This document shows, piece by piece, positions 1-10,213 of a stretch of DNA of 64,000 nucleotides (its first letter is position 1; each line of letters starts with the position of its first letter). A model generated the notes under the pieces. It saw only the letters and a list, made by a program, of their open reading frames with translations. It made no database searches and was not told where the DNA came from. The position numbers and the translations under genes were made by a program. This stretch comes from an uncultured delta proteobacterium (GTDB lineage Bacteria > Myxococcota_A > Polyangia > Polyangiales > Houyiibacteriaceae), in assembly GCA_963699755.1 (NCBI GenBank), contig CAVOVB010000001.1, forward strand, positions 1,472,001 to 1,536,000, in the 5' to 3' direction.

Positions 1-2
1 GG

Positions 3-290
3 CGCGCCCTTCGGCTCTGCCCGAAGTTCCACGACATTCGTCTCGAGCTCGCCAGGTTGCTCAGGCTTCGCGGCAACGCACACGGGGCCCGCGAGGAGCT
101 GACGCTCATCCTGCAGCTCGACCCGGAGCACCAGGATGCTCGTACGCTCTTGGGCGTCATCGAAATCGAGACCGGGGACCATGGTCAGGGCGTTCGTCAC
201 CTGCAGGCAGTTGTCGCGCAATGCGCCGACCATCCGGTCGCCCGGGCCTACCTCGAGCAAGCGGCTTCGGACTACCAGCGCGCGTCCTAA
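3..290 (+). CDS. TPR-containing protein, C-terminal fragment (truncated by window edge)
   Basis: Frame is open from position 3. Helical TPR-like pattern (ILQLDPEHQDARTLLG, CADHPVARAYL); stop at 288-290. Confidence 0.6.
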   Translation, partial: RALRLCPKFHDIRLELARLLRLRGNAHGAREELTLILQLDPEHQDARTLLGVIEIETGDHGQGVRHLQAVVAQCADHPVARAYLEQAASDYQRAS

Positions 291-345
291 GCGTCGTATC
301 GGATCGCGTTGTAGACGTTGCAAACGGTGCCACACTACCCCCCAA

Positions 346-2391
346 GTGGCTCCATCAGTCCTTCTCCTCGACGACGACGCTCAGTTTCGCGCGAGCGTCA
401 TCCCGGCGCTCGAAGCGCAGGGTCTGCGGGTTTTGGTCGCGACCAAGGGCAGCGTCGCTCGAGCCTTGATCGCGCAAGAAGCGCCCTCGCTGCTCGTCGT
501 GGACGGCTTGTTGCCGGATACCAACGGAATCACTTGGATTGAAGATCTGCGACGAGAGGGGTTCGAGACGCCGATCATCTTCGTTTCGGCATTTTATCGA
601 GACCTCCCGACCTTCAGGCACCTCACCCACGAGCTCGACGTTGCCAAGGTCTTCCACAAGCCCGTCACGGTCGATCGATTCGCCCGCGCAGTGGCAAACG
701 TCGTGGCGAAGCACCGAAGCGATGCGCCAGTTGCTGCAGCTGCGCCTAGGTCCAACGACGATACCGCCGAAGAAGTGCTCTTCCCCGACGAGGCTTCAGC
801 CGCCAGCGTAGACTCCAACCGCGCCAGGGAGTCGTACCTAAGCCTTCTTCCGATCGCTGCCGACAACCTCTCCGGCGCGATTCGTCGCGTGCATTCGGAG
901 GCCGAGCGAACCAGTGTGGTATCGGACGCGCTTCGTCAGGCACACGAGCTTCAAGGCGCCGCACAGGCGCATGGTCTGAACGAGATCTCCGATGCCGCAG
1001 GTCGCATCGAGCTAGAGCTCCGGCAGCTGCAGGAGTCGGGCCGCCTCGATTGGACGACGATGTTCGAATCGATCGATTCGGTGCGCGCTCACGCCGCCGC
1101 AGCCGTGGGCCGTCCGAACGATACTCCGTCCATGGCCGCCGCCCCGCCTTCGGTCACGCCGGCCGCAAGCTTCTTCCTTCATCGTCCGATTCCCAAGGAT
1201 TTCGTGCCGACGCTGCTCGCGCTCGAGGACGACCCGGCGATGATCGCCTACCTCCGGTCGGCTATCGACGAGGTGCTCGTGCACCTCAGGCCGGTCTCCA
1301 ACGTCGACGAAGCCCTCAAGATTGCGGCGCGAAATGCGCCGACGGCGGTGCTCGTGGGCTGGCCCCTTCAGGACAGAGAGGCGCTCACCCGTTTCCTTCC
1401 CCTCTTCCGCAGCTTGCAGGGGTGCGCCGAAACGCCAGTCATTCTGCTCTCCGTTGACGACGACCCGCACACTCGAGCTCACGCGGCTCAAGTCGGGGTC
1501 GACATCTTCCTACCGCACCCGATCGAGCTCGTACGATTGCACCACGCGCTGAGCACGGCAGTCGAACGCGCGATGACCCCGCGTCCGAAAGTCGCCGTGC
1601 TTCGCGACCCCGACGCTGCGCGGCTCATCGGAGAGTCGGGCATCGAGTGCTTGCTCTACTTCAGCCTCGATGAGCTCTTGCGCGAGATCGACGTGCAGTG
1701 CCCAGACGCAATTCTGTTGGGGTCGAGCGTGACCGGGAAGCAGGTGCCGGCGATCATTCGCATGTCTGCCTGGGATTCGGACTTCGGGCTGCTCTGCTTC
1801 GACGACTCGCCGCTCGCCTACGAGCGCGAGATCAGCGAGTGCTTGATTCGATCATCGGGTTGGTTGGCGCACCTGCACGCTGAAGCCGATCGAATGGCAC
1901 GACTCCGCCGGCAGCAATTGCGTTGTAGCCAGACGGGCTTGCTGACGCGCCCGGCGGCGGTCGCGGCACTCGAATTCGGACTTTCATCCGCTCAGCGTCA
2001 CGGACGCACCTACTCGATTGGTCTCATGCGGACGACCGGCCTAGATGGGCTCGACCACGTCCAGGCACGCCGATTACGGACCTACCTGGGCCGAATGATC
2101 TACGGGCGGTTCCGGCGCGAAGACGTACGAGGGCGCTGGGATGAAGACACCTTCGTCGTTGGCTTCGATGCGCAGAGCGCACGCGCGATCGTGGACGTCA
2201 TCCGCAGGCTTCAGTCCGACCTGGAGGCGCGCCGCATCCGGCAGCCCGAGGAGCTCTCCTTCTTGCACGTGGCGGTCGGCCTCGCCTCCTACCCCCTCGA
2301 TGGCGATACCATTAGGGCCCTCATTCTCGCGGCCCACGAGCGCCTGGAAGCGGCGGTCGCACGCGATCCAGGGGCCCTCGTTTGGCGCTAG
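346..2391 (+). CDS. Multi-domain response regulator: REC - Hpt - atypical REC(s) - degenerate GGDEF
   Basis: REC motifs (LLLDDD, VVDGLLPD, FVSA, FHKP); Hpt motif AHELQGAAQAHG; second REC (LALEDD) lacks the acceptor Asp; C-terminal QTGLLTR...RREDVRGRWDEDTF...VGLASYPLDG. Start moved to GTG 346 because the ORF-track start overlaps the upstream gene. Confidence 0.8.
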   Translation: MAPSVLLLDDDAQFRASVIPALEAQGLRVLVATKGSVARALIAQEAPSLLVVDGLLPDTNGITWIEDLRREGFETPIIFVSAFYRDLPTFRHLTHELDVAKVFHKPVTVDRFARAVANVVAKHRSDAPVAAAAPRSNDDTAEEVLFPDEASAASVDSNRARESYLSLLPIAADNLSGAIRRVHSEAERTSVVSDALRQAHELQGAAQAHGLNEISDAAGRIELELRQLQESGRLDWTTMFESIDSVRAHAAAAVGRPNDTPSMAAAPPSVTPAASFFLHRPIPKDFVPTLLALEDDPAMIAYLRSAIDEVLVHLRPVSNVDEALKIAARNAPTAVLVGWPLQDREALTRFLPLFRSLQGCAETPVILLSVDDDPHTRAHAAQVGVDIFLPHPIELVRLHHALSTAVERAMTPRPKVAVLRDPDAARLIGESGIECLLYFSLDELLREIDVQCPDAILLGSSVTGKQVPAIIRMSAWDSDFGLLCFDDSPLAYEREISECLIRSSGWLAHLHAEADRMARLRRQQLRCSQTGLLTRPAAVAALEFGLSSAQRHGRTYSIGLMRTTGLDGLDHVQARRLRTYLGRMIYGRFRREDVRGRWDEDTFVVGFDAQSARAIVDVIRRLQSDLEARRIRQPEELSFLHVAVGLASYPLDGDTIRALILAAHERLEAAVARDPGALVWR

Positions 2392-2462
2392 CATTGCCGC
2401 TCGCGTCCGCGCGCCGGACGCGCTAACCTTGAGCTATCGAACCGAGAGCGCAGCGCGGCCCC

Positions 2463-3440
2463 GTGGAGACCGATGTAGCCGCCGACATCGAGGTCGCTGA
2501 TCCAAGCTTGATGCTCAGGCTCACGGGCCCAGGAGGATCGAATTTGCGCACGCTCGAAGCCGAGCTCGGTGTTTCGATGGGCCTGCGTGGCGCCACGATT
2601 CACGTTCAGGGACCCAACCGGGACGTCGAGTTGGTCGAGCGTGTGCTCCACGAGCTCATCGATGCGCTTCAGTTTCGAGACCTCAGCGCCGTCGAAATGG
2701 CACGGGCGGCACGCACGCTTCGCGCCCATCCGCAGATGAGGCTGCGTGCGCTTCTGGATGACGTCGTGCTGACGACCTCCAGTCGGCGAATCGTTTCCCC
2801 GAAAGGCGTGACGCAACAAAGTTACATCCAGGCGATCCGCAGCCACGACATCGTCTTCGGGATTGGTCCAGCCGGCACTGGCAAGACCTACCTCGCCATG
2901 GCGATGGCGATTCGTGCGCTGCAGGAGCGGCAGGTCAAGCGAATCGTTCTCACTCGCCCCGCGGTCGAAGCGGGCGAGCGACTCGGTTTTCTACCCGGAG
3001 ACCTTGCCGAAAAGATCAATCCCTACCTTCGACCGCTCTACGATGCCTTGCACGACATGATGGAGCCCGGACGCATCAGCGCGTTGATCGAGCGGGGGAC
3101 CATCGAGGTTGCGCCCCTCGCCTTCATGCGGGGCCGGACCCTCAACGACAGCTTCGTCGTCCTCGACGAGGCCCAGAACACGACGCAGGAGCAGATGAAG
3201 ATGTTCCTGACTCGGCTTGGTTTCGACTCCAAAACGGTCATCACGGGCGACGTGACGCAGGTCGACCTGCCGGGGGGGGCGCGCAGCGGGCTCCGGCACG
3301 CCGAGAAGGTGCTCTCGCAGATCAACGGCATCGAGTTCGTCTACTTCTCCCATGCGGATGTCGTTCGACACCCGCTGGTGCAGCAAATCATCCAGGCCTA
3401 CGATGTGCACGAATCGGATCGTTCCGGCGGTGACATCTAA
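2463..3440 (+). CDS. phoH: PhoH-family ATPase (PhoH/YbeZ-like)
   Basis: GPAGTGKT Walker A, RPAVEAGERLGFLPGDL, APLAFMRGRTL, LDEAQN, DVVRHPLV. Confidence 0.95.
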   Translation: METDVAADIEVADPSLMLRLTGPGGSNLRTLEAELGVSMGLRGATIHVQGPNRDVELVERVLHELIDALQFRDLSAVEMARAARTLRAHPQMRLRALLDDVVLTTSSRRIVSPKGVTQQSYIQAIRSHDIVFGIGPAGTGKTYLAMAMAIRALQERQVKRIVLTRPAVEAGERLGFLPGDLAEKINPYLRPLYDALHDMMEPGRISALIERGTIEVAPLAFMRGRTLNDSFVVLDEAQNTTQEQMKMFLTRLGFDSKTVITGDVTQVDLPGGARSGLRHAEKVLSQINGIEFVYFSHADVVRHPLVQQIIQAYDVHESDRSGGDI

Positions 3441-3466
3441 GCGCCGCCTGTTATGCTAGCCGCCAC

Positions 3467-4375
3467 ATGACCGAGCGAATCTATGACGGCGCGTTAGACC
3501 TGATCGGCCGCACCCCTTTGGTGCGGCTCGCAAGAATCACTGGTGGCAAGGGTGCCGACGTCTGCGGTAAGCTCGAATCGAGCAACGTGGCTGGCTCCGT
3601 CAAAGATCGGCCCGCACTTTCGATGATTCTCGCCGCCGAGAGGTCGGGGGCGCTCGGCGAAGGTTCGACGGTCATCGAAGCGACTAGCGGCAACACGGGG
3701 ATCAGCCTTGCGATGATCTGTGCCGTTCGAGGCTACCGCTGCATCATCGTGATGCCCGAGGACATGAGCGCGGCGCGTCGATACTTGCTCAAGTCTTACG
3801 GCGCCAAAGTGGTATTGACGGCAGCCGAAGACGGCATGGCAGGCGCGGTTGAGCAGGCAGAACGCCTCCTGAAGACGACGCCTGGTGCAATGATGTGCGG
3901 CCAGTTCGAAAACCCGGCCAACCCCGACATCCATGCCAAGACCACGGCGGAAGAGATTTGGGAGGCCACCGGCGGCAAGGTTGATGCGTTCGTGGCGGGC
4001 GTCGGCACCGGGGGCACCATCACCGGAGTCGGCCGCGTGCTGAAGAAGCGCAACCCCGACATTCGAATCGTCGCGGTCGAGCCGCGGGCAAGCGCTGTGC
4101 TGTCCGGTGGCAAGCCCGGCTTGCACGGCATTCAAGGCCTGGGGGCCGGCTTCATTCCTGCGGTGCTCGACACGAAGCTCGTCGACGAGGTGCTTACCGT
4201 CACCGACCTCGCTGCCGAGCGCATGACCCAGCGTCTAGCGCGCGAAGAGGGCTTGCTCCTGGGGCCGTCTTCGGGCGCAAACGTCCATGCGGCGCTCGAG
4301 GTCTCTCGCCGCCTCAAGGCCGAACAACGAGTCGTCACCATTCTCTGCGATGGCGGCGAGCGATATCTCTGCTGA
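3467..4375 (+). CDS. cysK: Cysteine synthase A (O-acetylserine sulfhydrylase)
   Basis: GSVKDR (PLP Lys), EATSGNTG, GVGTGGT, HGIQGLGAGFIP, DGGERYL. Confidence 0.95.
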   Translation: MTERIYDGALDLIGRTPLVRLARITGGKGADVCGKLESSNVAGSVKDRPALSMILAAERSGALGEGSTVIEATSGNTGISLAMICAVRGYRCIIVMPEDMSAARRYLLKSYGAKVVLTAAEDGMAGAVEQAERLLKTTPGAMMCGQFENPANPDIHAKTTAEEIWEATGGKVDAFVAGVGTGGTITGVGRVLKKRNPDIRIVAVEPRASAVLSGGKPGLHGIQGLGAGFIPAVLDTKLVDEVLTVTDLAAERMTQRLAREEGLLLGPSSGANVHAALEVSRRLKAEQRVVTILCDGGERYLC

Positions 4376-4380
4376 TCTGC

Positions 4381-5094
4381 ATGAACGAGCTCGTCAAAGT
4401 CTCGCGCGCGCTGAGCCGCGTGATCTCGCGGCTCGACTTCAGGGAGCCGGTCACGCACGTCTACAATCCCCTCCAATACGCGAAGCGCCCACACGAGCTC
4501 TACCTGAGCCGCTTCGGCGGCGGGCCCAAAGAGGTAGTCATGATCGGGATGAACCCCGGACCATTCGGCATGGGTCAGACTGGTGTTCCGTTTGGCGATG
4601 TGGGCTTTGTTCGCGATTGGCTGGGCATCGAAGGCGCCGTCGATCGTCCCCGGAACGAGCACCCCAAGCGACCCGTCCTCGGTTTCAGCTGCGAGCGCTC
4701 TGAAGTGAGCGGCTCGCGTCTTTGGGGCTGGGCACGGGCGCGCTTTGGCACGCCCGAGCGCTTCTTCTCCAGGTTCTTCGTGCTCAACTACTGTCCCTTG
4801 CTGTTCATGGAATCGACCGGGCGCAATCGTACACCCGACAAGCTGGCCGTCGACGAGCAGGCGGCCCTGCTGCCCGCATGCGACCGGGCCTTGCGCAATG
4901 CCGTCGAGATCCTCTCGCCGACGACCGTCGTCGGGGTGGGGTCCTGGGCGACCAAGCGTGCCCGCACTGCGCTTGGTGAACAGGGGCCCAGAATCGGCAC
5001 GGTGCTGCACCCGAGCCCAGCAAGTCCCAAAGCCAATCGCGGCTGGGCCGCGCAGGCCGAAAGCGACCTCAGGGGCTTGGGCATCGACTTCTAG
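4381..5094 (+). CDS. SMUG1-type (family 3) uracil-DNA glycosylase
   Basis: GMNPGPFGMGQTGVPFGD, SEVSG, NYCPL and LHPSPAS are SMUG1 signatures. Confidence 0.92.
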   Translation: MNELVKVSRALSRVISRLDFREPVTHVYNPLQYAKRPHELYLSRFGGGPKEVVMIGMNPGPFGMGQTGVPFGDVGFVRDWLGIEGAVDRPRNEHPKRPVLGFSCERSEVSGSRLWGWARARFGTPERFFSRFFVLNYCPLLFMESTGRNRTPDKLAVDEQAALLPACDRALRNAVEILSPTTVVGVGSWATKRARTALGEQGPRIGTVLHPSPASPKANRGWAAQAESDLRGLGIDF

Positions 5095-5143
5095 GCGCGC
5101 GCAGCTCACGCTTGCGCTATGCTCCGCCTCAGGGGTCCAAGAG

Positions 5144-5419
5144 ATGCGGAGCAAAGTCGTCCAAGTTGCGGCCATCATGGCGCTCAGTCTGGGGTGCGGG
5201 CACGAGTCCGCCGCCACGCAACAAATCAGGAGTGCGGCGGCGGTCGACCTCGACTGTCATGGGTCCCAGATCGAGTTCGTCGACGATTCGCCGATGGCAA
5301 AGCAGGTGAGCGGATGTGGCCGCACGCTGACTTATATGTACAAGTGCAAGCCAGCAGCGGGTGGTGGCCAGACCTGCAGCTGGAAGCCAGTCCGGGACCC
5401 GGACAACAAGCTCAACTAG
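5144..5419 (+). CDS. Small Cys-rich lipoprotein
   Basis: Signal peptide ending in lipobox SLGC; four further Cys (AAVDLDC, VSGCG, YKC, TCSW). Confidence 0.65.
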   Translation: MRSKVVQVAAIMALSLGCGHESAATQQIRSAAAVDLDCHGSQIEFVDDSPMAKQVSGCGRTLTYMYKCKPAAGGGQTCSWKPVRDPDNKLN

Positions 5420-6630
5420 CCACCATCTGGCTGCGCTCCGAGCAACTGCTCCTGAAGAGCGCCGATGTCCGGGTTGCTCGGGTCGTAGGTACGCGCGCGC
5501 TCGAGGGCCGAGGCAGCCTCCGCGAGATCGCCGCGTTCGATCGCTGCGCGGGCATTCGCTAGCTCGTCTTTCGCCGCTTCCTCCCTCTCGTGCGGGGACA
5601 GTGCGTCGGAGCCGGCGTCGGTGGCCGTGACGGTGCCGGTGTCCGCTCCGGCGTCCATGGACGTGTGCGTATCGGTGATCCTAGGCTTCGGGTTGCAGTC
5701 TTGCACCGCAATCCACAAGGCCAAGAGGACGCCCATGGATAGTGTCATCATCAGCGGGAGGGTATTGCGCTTGCGCCTCGACTTGGCCGGACGGCGTCCG
5801 TCGTACGCTTGCTTGAGCGCGGAGACGAAAGTTCGCGCGCTCGCATAACGGTCGGACGGCTTCTTGCGGAGCGCTCTCAAGATAGCCGCGTCGAGCGCGC
5901 CCGGAATCGCGGCTGCTCGATTCACTTCGCTCGGTGGAACCGGATCGACGCTCATGACTTTGTGCGCGACCTGCAGCGCTTCGGTCCCGGGAAACGCGCG
6001 CTCTCCACAGACGGCTTCATAGATGACAGCGCCAAACGAAAACAAGTCGCTCTGCTCGCTGTACTCGCCGCTTCGCAGCGTCTCGGGCGCCGCATAGCAC
6101 GGGGTCCCAAGAAACTGACCTTCCTTGGTGAGATCTGCGTTCGGGACACGAGCGATTCCGAAATCGGCCAGCTTCACTTGGCCGTTGTCGGTAATCAGCA
6201 GATTCTCGGGCTTGAGGTCGCGATGGATCACGCCAGCGATGTGCGCGGTCGCCAGCGCGTCCGCGACCTGCTGCGCAAGGTCCAGGAGCTCGTCGCGTGA
6301 CAGCGGCCCGCGCTTCTTGAGCGCCTGTTTCAGGGTGTGCCCGTGAACGTATTCGAAGACCAGGTAGGGCCCGACCTTCGGATCGTCTCCCACATCGAAT
6401 ATCTGAACGATGTTCGGGTGTTGGAGGCGAGCGGCGGCGCGCGCCTCGTTCTGGAAGCGGCTGAGGAAGACCTCGCGCATTTCGGCATCGAGCGCCAGGT
6501 CGCGGAGCGTCTTGACCGCCACTGGTCGGTCGAGATCCGCGTCGTGCCCCAGATAGACGTTGCCCATCGACCCCGCCCCGATGAGACGGTCGATGCGATA
6601 GCGGCCGATCTGTTGGGGCAGTTCTTCCAT
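5416..6630 (-). CDS. Hanks-type Ser/Thr protein kinase with TM helix and short TPR-like C-terminus
   Basis: GAGSMG, VAVK, HRDLKPEN, DFG, APE motifs; hydrophobic LSMGVLLALWIAV. Confidence 0.93.
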   Translation of the reverse strand: MEELPQQIGRYRIDRLIGAGSMGNVYLGHDADLDRPVAVKTLRDLALDAEMREVFLSRFQNEARAAARLQHPNIVQIFDVGDDPKVGPYLVFEYVHGHTLKQALKKRGPLSRDELLDLAQQVADALATAHIAGVIHRDLKPENLLITDNGQVKLADFGIARVPNADLTKEGQFLGTPCYAAPETLRSGEYSEQSDLFSFGAVIYEAVCGERAFPGTEALQVAHKVMSVDPVPPSEVNRAAAIPGALDAAILRALRKKPSDRYASARTFVSALKQAYDGRRPAKSRRKRNTLPLMMTLSMGVLLALWIAVQDCNPKPRITDTHTSMDAGADTGTVTATDAGSDALSPHEREEAAKDELANARAAIERGDLAEAASALERARTYDPSNPDIGALQEQLLGAQPDGG

Positions 6631-6662
6631 GGGCGCGATCTAGTGCATGGGGGGGCCCCGGG

Positions 6663-8072
6663 CTAGAGACGGTGGAGCTTCAGAGTATTGGTGCGCCCCG
6701 AAGGGGGCCAACCAACGACCATCGCGAACGCCTCGCCACGCTGGCAAAGGTTCTCTCGCACGAGCAAAGAGGCCGCGATCCGCAGCGTCTCATCGAGCGA
6801 CTCAGGGGGCACTTCGATTCGCGGAATCACGCCCCACTCGAGCGCTAGCCGTCGTGCGACGCGGACGTCACTAGTGATTGCCAAAATCGGCGCGCGTGGG
6901 CGATGCTCCGCTAGTAAGCCCGCGGAGCGACCATCCTGGGTGAACACGACGACCGCTTTGAGAGGCAAATGCGTGGTCAATGCGGCTGCCGCGCGTGCAG
7001 CGGCGTTCGCAAATGACCAATCTTCTTCGTCGGCGCTCTTGAGCTCGCGAAACTCTCGCGAGAGATCTTCGACGTAGTCGGACTCCACCTCGCGAATGAT
7101 CGCGTCCATCATCTGCAGCGACTGCAAGGGGTAGCGGCCCGCCGCCGTCTCCCCGCTGAGCATCACCGCATCCGTCCCGTCCATCACCGCGTTGGCGACG
7201 TCCGCGGCCTCCGCTCGGGTCGGCCGTGGGTTTCGAATCATCGAGTCCAGCATCTGTGTCGCGGTGATCACGATTTTGCCGCGCGCATTCGTTTCCCGGA
7301 TGATCCGTTTCTGAATCATCGGCACCTTCTCGGCGCCTAGCTCGACGCCCAGATCTCCGCGGGCGATCATGATGCCGTCTGCCGCCTCGACGATCTCAGC
7401 AAGGGCGTCGACCGCTTCGGGTCGCTCGATCTTCGCGATGACCGGCACGTCACCGGCCAAGGCTTTGGCTTCTCGCACGTCGTCGGCGGCGCGAACGAAC
7501 GAGAGGGCTACGTAGTCCGCCTCGAGTCTGGACACCGCAAAGGCCAGATCTTCGCGGTCCTTGGCGGTAAGAGCCGGTCCGGTGATCGAGACGCCGGGTA
7601 GGTTGAGCCCCTTGTGGTTGGAAAGCGTGCCACCGTCCTCCACCACCGTGTGTACGGTGTCGCCCTCCACTCGGTCGACCCGGAGTCGAATGAACCCGTC
7701 GTCGAGCGCAATCGCGTCGCCGGACCTGAGGTCGGCGCCCAATGACTCGTGCGTGACCGAAACGATGTCTTGGTTCCCTTCGATCTCATTCGTCGTGAGG
7801 GCGAAGCGATCGCCTTCCTTGAGCTCGATCGAGCCCTGGGCAAACTTCCCGACCCGCATCTTGGGGCCCTGCATGTCGGCGAGGATCGCCATCGGTCGCC
7901 GCGCTGCGGCCGCGGCTGCGCGGATCAGCTTCGCCATCTCTGTATGCGACTCGTGGTCCCCGTGCGAGAAATTGAGCCGTGCGCAATTCATACCCGCTTG
8001 GACCAGCTCCTCGATCTTCGACTTCGTATTGCTGGCGGGCCCGAGCGTGCAGACGATCTTGGTGCGTCTCAC
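6663..8072 (-). CDS. pyk: Pyruvate kinase
   Basis: RRTKIVCTLGPAS, RLNFSHG, AKIE, ARGDLGVE, ATQMLDSM, DAVMLSGETA. Confidence 0.97.
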   Translation of the reverse strand: MRRTKIVCTLGPASNTKSKIEELVQAGMNCARLNFSHGDHESHTEMAKLIRAAAAAARRPMAILADMQGPKMRVGKFAQGSIELKEGDRFALTTNEIEGNQDIVSVTHESLGADLRSGDAIALDDGFIRLRVDRVEGDTVHTVVEDGGTLSNHKGLNLPGVSITGPALTAKDREDLAFAVSRLEADYVALSFVRAADDVREAKALAGDVPVIAKIERPEAVDALAEIVEAADGIMIARGDLGVELGAEKVPMIQKRIIRETNARGKIVITATQMLDSMIRNPRPTRAEAADVANAVMDGTDAVMLSGETAAGRYPLQSLQMMDAIIREVESDYVEDLSREFRELKSADEEDWSFANAAARAAAALTTHLPLKAVVVFTQDGRSAGLLAEHRPRAPILAITSDVRVARRLALEWGVIPRIEVPPESLDETLRIAASLLVRENLCQRGEAFAMVVGWPPSGRTNTLKLHRL

Positions 8073-8108
8073 CAGGCCGTTGTAGCCGGCTTCCTTGCTG
8101 CAGCCAAG

Positions 8109-8768
8109 CTAGCGGCGACGGTAGCGGTCCGGTTCCCAGCCGCTCAGGTTGGCCTTGAAACCCAGGCGCACGACGAAGGTCGTGTAGAGCGTCCATTGCG
8201 TGCGATCACTCGTTGGCTGCGTGTTCCGATAGGATGGGTCGCTGTTCACGTAACGGGCAGCGATCCGAAGCCAAAGTCCGCGCAGCGTGGTGAGGGGCCG
8301 GTAGAGCGGCAGGGAAAATCCAAAGCCGACGCCGAGTCCGGTGCTTCGCTTGCCGTCGAGGAGAAAGGCAGGCCCGATCTCGAAAAAGATTGATTGCAGC
8401 ACGAGGTCGACGAACTCGATCCAGGTTTGCTCATACAGAAAGAAGAGCGCTGGAAAGAGGGGACGGAGGTCCACACCGAGGAACAAGTGCTGGGCGGAGG
8501 CTGGGCCCCAGCGCCCAGAAAGCACGAGGCCCGCTGTGTCGGCGATCAGGAAACGGGCCTCGCCGACCAGATTCGGGTCGGCCTTCCGGTTCAGCCAGGT
8601 GGCGCCAGGCCCGGCGCCGAAGGCGAGGGTCAGGCTGCGATCCCAGCGGCCATAGAGCCCGTCCCCCATGCGTTGCGCGCTCGAAGGTGCGGCAAATGAG
8701 GAAAGGACGAGGATCGAACCGACGATCACCCCAAGACGGGCGCCCCGTGTCATGATCTCCCCATGCAC
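8109..8768 (-). CDS. Hypothetical exported protein, possibly an outer-membrane beta-strand protein
   Basis: Signal-like N-terminus (SSFAAPSSA) and alternating hydrophobic/aromatic strands. Start may be ATG 8753. Confidence 0.5.
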   Translation of the reverse strand: MHGEIMTRGARLGVIVGSILVLSSFAAPSSAQRMGDGLYGRWDRSLTLAFGAGPGATWLNRKADPNLVGEARFLIADTAGLVLSGRWGPASAQHLFLGVDLRPLFPALFFLYEQTWIEFVDLVLQSIFFEIGPAFLLDGKRSTGLGVGFGFSLPLYRPLTTLRGLWLRIAARYVNSDPSYRNTQPTSDRTQWTLYTTFVVRLGFKANLSGWEPDRYRRR

Positions 8769-8813
8769 TGGGCTGCATGGCGGGTCAAGAGATTGAGGCT
8801 GTAGACTCTAGGA

Positions 8814-10184
8814 ATGGGGCGCTCGTTCGGCTTGGGGCTTCGAAGCCAGCTCATGCTCGCGCTGATCGTCGCGTTCAGCGCGGCGTTCGTGTTGCTGAGC
8901 TTGGTCACCGCAAGACTCGACGAGAGCGAAAGCGCAGAAGAGCAGCGGACGCGGGCCTTCGGGCTCGCCCAGGCGTTCGTTGCAGGGGCAGGCTCCGAGG
9001 GTGAGGGGCTGAGCGAAGAAGTGATGGGCCGGATGCTCTCCGAGGGGCTGGCTCGACGCGTCGAGGTCCACACTTTGGACGGCTTGTCGAAAAGCTGGGG
9101 GGTTCTCGAAGGCGAGCCCGACGCGATCGTCACCACTGCGGAAGGCTTGGAGCTGCGAGTTTGGGTGCCGGCGAGTTATCGCGGCGATGCGGCGCGGCGA
9201 AGCTTGTTTCTATTCTACCTCGGCCTCACGGCAGCGACGGTGCTGCTGCTGACTTACGTGCTACTGACCTATTTCATCGTGCGGCCGATCGACCGATTGA
9301 GATTGGCTTCCGAGCGCCTCGCTGCGGGGCGGCTGCGCACCAGCGTTCCGGTGCAAGGCGCCGCCGAGGTTGCACGTCTCGCGGCAACCTTCAACGACAT
9401 GGCCGCGCAGCTTCGAGAAGATCGGGCATCGCTTCAGCAACGCCTCGAAGAGCTCGAGCGCACGACCGCTGAGCTGACGACCGCGCAAGAACAGTTGATT
9501 CGAAGCGCGCGCTTGGCTGCAGTCGGTCGCTTGTCCGCGGGCGTCGCGCACGAGATCGGAAATCCGCTGGCGGCGATCCGCGGCCTGCTCGATCTGATGC
9601 AATCGGGAGACCTCGACCCTCACGAGGAAAAGGAGTTCGTGGCTCGGATCCAGCGGGAGAGCGAACGGATCCATCACACAATCCGGGACTTGCTGGACTT
9701 CTCGAGAAACGAGCCAGCTCGAGAGGGACGAATCGAAAGCTCCGCTGACCTTGCGGAGGTTGTGTCCGACACCGTCAAACTGCTCGACCGACAGAGCCGC
9801 TTCCACGATGTCGAGCTCTCCCTCGCGCTCGACGAGGGCCTTCCCCGGGTGCGCGGCGACCACGAGCGACTTCGGCAGTTACTTCTGAACTTGCTCTTCA
9901 ACGCGGCGGACGCTCTCGGGGGCGAGGGCCGCATCGAGGTGCGTGCCCGCAATGACGACGGCACAGTGGAGCTCATCGTCGAGGACGATGGGCCCGGAAT
10001 CGATGCAGAGATCATCGATCAGGTCTTCGACCCCTTCGTCACGACGAAGGCAGCGGGACAGGGAACCGGCCTCGGGCTGGCGGTCTGCTACACCATCGTC
10101 GAGCGGCTCGGCGGGGCGATCGAGGCCGGGAATCTCCAGCAGGGCGGGGCCCGGTTCGGGGTGAGGTTGCCGGCGGCGCGCTAG
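8814..10184 (+). CDS. Membrane sensor histidine kinase (2 TM, HAMP, HisKA, HATPase_c)
   Basis: AGVAHEIGNPL H-box, NLLFNA N-box, DDGPGI, FDPFVTTK, GTGLGL. Confidence 0.95.
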   Translation: MGRSFGLGLRSQLMLALIVAFSAAFVLLSLVTARLDESESAEEQRTRAFGLAQAFVAGAGSEGEGLSEEVMGRMLSEGLARRVEVHTLDGLSKSWGVLEGEPDAIVTTAEGLELRVWVPASYRGDAARRSLFLFYLGLTAATVLLLTYVLLTYFIVRPIDRLRLASERLAAGRLRTSVPVQGAAEVARLAATFNDMAAQLREDRASLQQRLEELERTTAELTTAQEQLIRSARLAAVGRLSAGVAHEIGNPLAAIRGLLDLMQSGDLDPHEEKEFVARIQRESERIHHTIRDLLDFSRNEPAREGRIESSADLAEVVSDTVKLLDRQSRFHDVELSLALDEGLPRVRGDHERLRQLLLNLLFNAADALGGEGRIEVRARNDDGTVELIVEDDGPGIDAEIIDQVFDPFVTTKAAGQGTGLGLAVCYTIVERLGGAIEAGNLQQGGARFGVRLPAAR

Positions 10185-10213
10185 GCGGGTGCATGCCAGG
10201 GTTAGCGCCAGCG

